From NCBI GenBank assembly GCA_964542505.1, contig CAZIVY010000249.1:1-38856 (forward strand): DNA of 38,856 bases. Reading direction: 5' to 3'. Shown piece after piece: positions 36,072 to 38,856 of the stretch. This DNA comes from an uncultured Rhodospirillaceae bacterium (GTDB lineage: Bacteria > Pseudomonadota > Alphaproteobacteria > Ferrovibrionales > Ferrovibrionaceae). Every line of letters starts with the position of its first letter. Position 1 is the first letter of the stretch. The position numbers and the translations under genes were made by a program. The notes beneath the pieces were generated by a model that searched no databases, had not been told where the DNA came from, and saw nothing but the letters and a program-made list of their open reading frames with translations.

Positions 36072-36992
36072 ATGCGCATCAACCTCGTAGTCGCCGTCAC
36101 CGATGATGATTGGTTCGAGATGCTTCGTCGGCATCCGAACCTCAGCGAGGTCAACTTCTGGGCACCTTCAGCGGCGAATTTCCGCGCGCTCCAGCCCGGC
36201 GAGATGTTTCTGTTCAAGCTACATGCGCCCCGCAATGTGATCGTTGGCGGCGGGATATTCGCCCATGCCAATGTGCTGCCCTGCTCCCTCGCCTGGGCAG
36301 CGTTCGGCGAAGCGAACGGCGCGCGTTCGGCGCAGGAGATGCGTGTGCGCATTGGCCGTTATCGCAGAACCGGTGAGAGCGACCGGGGCGACTTTGCGAT
36401 CGGTTGCCGCATCCTGACCCAGCCCTTCTTCTTCGAGGAACCCGATTGGATTCCCGTGCCGCCAGGCTGGTCACCGAACATCGTATCTTTCAAGACCTAC
36501 AACACAGGCAATGCTGACGGTTTTGATCTGTGGGAAGCGGTCAACGATCGCCTGAACCGGCACCTCGGTCCGGGGATGCCCGAGGCCAGCGAGCGATTTG
36601 GAGAGCCGCACCTTATCCGGCCCCGGCTCGGACAAGGCGCATTCCGCGTGCTGGTTACAGACATCTACCTTCGGCGCTGCGCGGTCACGCAGGAGCGGAC
36701 GCTGCCAGCTCTCGAAGCGGCGCATATCCGTCCGTATAGCGATGGTGGTGAGCACGAGGCTCGGAATGGGCTCTTGCTACGGCGCGATATTCATAGCCTG
36801 TTCGACGCCGGCTATGTGACGGTTACGCCCGACCTTCGCTTCGAGGTTAGCCGGCGGATTCGGGAAGAGTTTGAGAACGGCAAACACTATTACGCCCTTC
36901 ACGGTCAACGAATCAGCGCGCCGGCGGAAATCGGCCAACGTCCTGATCCAAACGCCCTGACCTGGCACAACGATCATTGTTTTAGGGGATGA
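36072..36992 (+). CDS. HNH endonuclease (HNH_2/PF13391-like) with a PUA/EVE-like N-terminal domain
   Basis: The C-terminal LGQGAFRVLVTDIYLRRCAVTQERTLPALEAAHIRPYSDGGEHEARNGLLLRRDIHSLFDAGYV is the PF13391-type HNH signature. The N-terminal 180 aa (FWAPSAANFRALQPGEMFLFKLHAPRNVIVGGGIF) looks PUA-like. That domain call is inference. Confidence 0.78.
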   Translation: MRINLVVAVTDDDWFEMLRRHPNLSEVNFWAPSAANFRALQPGEMFLFKLHAPRNVIVGGGIFAHANVLPCSLAWAAFGEANGARSAQEMRVRIGRYRRTGESDRGDFAIGCRILTQPFFFEEPDWIPVPPGWSPNIVSFKTYNTGNADGFDLWEAVNDRLNRHLGPGMPEASERFGEPHLIRPRLGQGAFRVLVTDIYLRRCAVTQERTLPALEAAHIRPYSDGGEHEARNGLLLRRDIHSLFDAGYVTVTPDLRFEVSRRIREEFENGKHYYALHGQRISAPAEIGQRPDPNALTWHNDHCFRG

Positions 36993-36995
36993 TCG

Positions 36996-37931
36996 GTGGC
37001 GCCTATGACAGATGGCGACCGGGACGCCTTGATGCGCATGGCGGCCGTCGAGCATGTGCGAAGGTTGGGCGAGGTTCACGATCACCTGACCGCCACCGAG
37101 TTGAAGCCCGGCTTCTATTTCGAGGGTGAGCGAATACCGCTCATCAATCCACAGCGCGGCATCTTCAAGCCAAAGCAGATGCGGTTCTTGCTTTCGATCA
37201 GGACCGTCTTTCCGAAGCCGGGCGGCAAGGTCTGGTATGACGATCAGCGCGAGGTGCATCGCCAGATTTTTGAGGGCGACGAGTCGATCGACTACGCCTT
37301 TATGGGCAAGGACCCCGATGCCGCTGATAACCGCTGGCTTCGCGAGGCGTTTGAGAAGCGGATACCGATCATCTATTTCCTCGGAATTGCGCCGGGCCGC
37401 TACCAAGCCATGCTTCCGGCCTTCATTTCCGGGTGGGACGCCAAGGCGTTAATGGCGCGGGTCGCGTTCGGAGTGCCCGGTCAAGAGGCGCTGGCGCCGC
37501 CCGAGAATGCCTTGGAACGGCGTTACGCCCTGCGCGCAGTCAAGCAACGGCTGCATCAGGCGTCGTTCCGCGAAGCCGTCATCACCGCCTATAATGGCCG
37601 TTGCGCGCTGTCGGGCCTGCCTGAGCCGATGCTGTTGGACGCCGCCCACATCGTTGCGGACACGGACGAGCGGCTCGGACAGCCAGTGGTGCCCAACGGC
37701 ATCCCATTGTCGAAAATCCATCACGCCGCCTTCGATGCCCACCTGATCGGCATCGACCCTGACTATCGGCTGCATGTGTCCGAGCGGCTGCTCGGGCGGA
37801 ATGATGGCCCGATGCTCGAAGCCCTGAAACAGTTGAAGGGCGGAACCATCCATTTGCCGAACCGCCCCAAGGACTGTCCGGATCGAGACCGGCTCGCCTT
37901 GCGCTTCGAGCGCTTCAAGGCGGCGGCGTGA
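36996..37931 (+). CDS. HNH endonuclease (HNH_2/PF13391-like) with a different, SRA-like N-terminal domain
   Basis: The C-terminal FREAVITAYNGRCALSGLPEPMLLDAAHIVADTDERLGQPVVPNGIPLSKIHHAAFDAHLIGI is a second PF13391-type HNH. The N-terminus (RGIFKPKQM...SIRTVFPKPGGKVWYDDQ...IPIIYFLGIAPGRY) is unrelated to that of the upstream gene. It starts 3 nt after the upstream stop. Confidence 0.78.
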   Translation: MAPMTDGDRDALMRMAAVEHVRRLGEVHDHLTATELKPGFYFEGERIPLINPQRGIFKPKQMRFLLSIRTVFPKPGGKVWYDDQREVHRQIFEGDESIDYAFMGKDPDAADNRWLREAFEKRIPIIYFLGIAPGRYQAMLPAFISGWDAKALMARVAFGVPGQEALAPPENALERRYALRAVKQRLHQASFREAVITAYNGRCALSGLPEPMLLDAAHIVADTDERLGQPVVPNGIPLSKIHHAAFDAHLIGIDPDYRLHVSERLLGRNDGPMLEALKQLKGGTIHLPNRPKDCPDRDRLALRFERFKAAA

Positions 37932-38197
37932 GACGCCCTTCTTCGCCCGCGCAATCGGCATCGACTATTCGGGCACTGAGTTGCCGATATGAGTGTCCGC
38001 GAAGAGAACACGATTTGCCGAATACCCCCTGCACAGCGCGTGTTGCCGTACCCGTCGGGTTCCCTAATCGGCCCCCGACCTGCCGTTCGATACCCCGGCC
38101 CTCATTTCCGGCTGGCATAGGCCGTCAGCGCCGCCGCGTGCCCGCCAGGCCGCGAAATCGCGCCGCTTGCCACCGGGGGGGCGCCAGGCCCGTTAGA

Positions 38198-38668
38198 TCA
38201 GGCGTCGAACCCGGCGCGTCCAATGCGCCGTCGGATAAACCCCGCGACATATGCATCGCCGCCGGCAATCCGCTGAATCAACGCTTCGTCGTCGAGTTCG
38301 TCGGCCGGATGCAGGACAAGGTGATCCCTGAGCAGGCCGTGGACTTGCGCCCGGATGCGCTGAAGCGCGGCGACTGCCGTATGATTGCCAGCCTCCTTCG
38401 CCGCCTCGTAATCGGCCAATAGATCGGCCAGGAACCGCCCAACGGAGTCCATCGAGGAAATTCTCGCCGCATCGACAAAGGCGCGGACTGTTAGCATCAC
38501 GTTACCCCGCTTGGCGAACCGGCACGCCGCCACCCGGAGCGCTTCCGGGGTCCAATTCTTGCGCTTGGTGAAGACCTGCCGATAGGCGTCGGTGTAGGTC
38601 CAGCCTGTGGAAACAAGCGTGGCAAACTTGCGCTCGCGGGATTCCATGCTGGCTTTGGCGTAAGTCAT
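38198..38668 (-). CDS. phage terminase small-subunit-like protein (tentative)
   Basis: The ATG at 38668 has GGGAGA 9 nt upstream. The N-terminus ...RERKFATLVSTGWTYTDAYRQVF...ALRVAACRFAKRGNV fits the HTH pattern of small terminases. The track ORF start at 38743 is less likely. Confidence 0.4.
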   Translation of the reverse strand: MTYAKASMESRERKFATLVSTGWTYTDAYRQVFTKRKNWTPEALRVAACRFAKRGNVMLTVRAFVDAARISSMDSVGRFLADLLADYEAAKEAGNHTAVAALQRIRAQVHGLLRDHLVLHPADELDDEALIQRIAGGDAYVAGFIRRRIGRAGFDA

Positions 38669-38856
38669 GGCCGAAAATCTCCCACAGCAGCCAAAATCCC
38701 GCCTGGTTTTCGCGTGCCCCGCAATGAGATTGCCCCCGCTCACGCGCGAAGCCGCCAGGGGGGCTGGCCTGTCTCGTCCGGCGCGGGATCGCGGGGCTTG
38801 CTTGCGCCGCTCAACCCGCCGTCACTCCGTCCGGTAGCGCGCGGGCTTGCAAAAGA

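Noticed and set aside
37932-38197. 267-bp gap after the HNH pair, with a 7-bp inverted repeat (ATCGGCA-N21-TGCCGAT, about 37956-37990). Considered as a terminator, an att site or a small RNA.
   Set aside because: There is no U-tract, no similarity to the tRNA-Arg att fragment, and the stem is short. The evidence is insufficient to call anything.

Overview
High-GC, alphaproteobacterium-like chromosomal window in two parts.

(1) About 0-23 kb holds ordinary catabolic and transport loci. One is a minus-strand operon (DSD1-type PLP enzyme, substrate-binding protein, amidohydrolase, hydantoinase A/B, SelA-like PLP enzyme) divergent from a polar amino-acid ABC importer. The other combines a TRAP transporter, SDR, Gfo/Idh/MocA, GntR, a ThDP enzyme and a desaturase. 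These are punctuated by decayed mobile-DNA debris: three IS630-family transposase fragments, a serine-recombinase remnant, an ABC-ATPase stub and tRNA-like scraps.

(2) From about 24.1 kb to the window end lies an integrative island. It begins at a 3' fragment of tRNA-Arg(CCG) and carries a P4-type tyrosine integrase, an AlpA-like HTH protein, a RepA/AAA_25-type ATPase, phage-like genes and cargo.

The standout cargo is a visibly lower-GC, tightly packed five-gene minus-strand operon (29384-34690). It encodes a signal-peptide precursor ending in seven His-Xaa-Ser repeats (HxsA), HxsD, two radical SAM enzymes (HxsB with a SPASM-like C-terminus, and HxsC), and an extra membrane-anchored SGNH-hydrolase/TolB-like beta-propeller protein. 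To my knowledge the His-Xaa-Ser system is defined only bioinformatically and has no known product or role.

Its neighbours are a divergently transcribed secreted nuclease with a His/Cys-rich motif, two tandem HNH (PF13391-like) endonucleases that look like a modification-dependent restriction pair, and a 15-bp motif repeated seven times around the ATPase gene junction.

No CRISPR array, rRNA or intact tRNA was seen. All domain calls come from reading motifs by eye; nothing was searched against a database.
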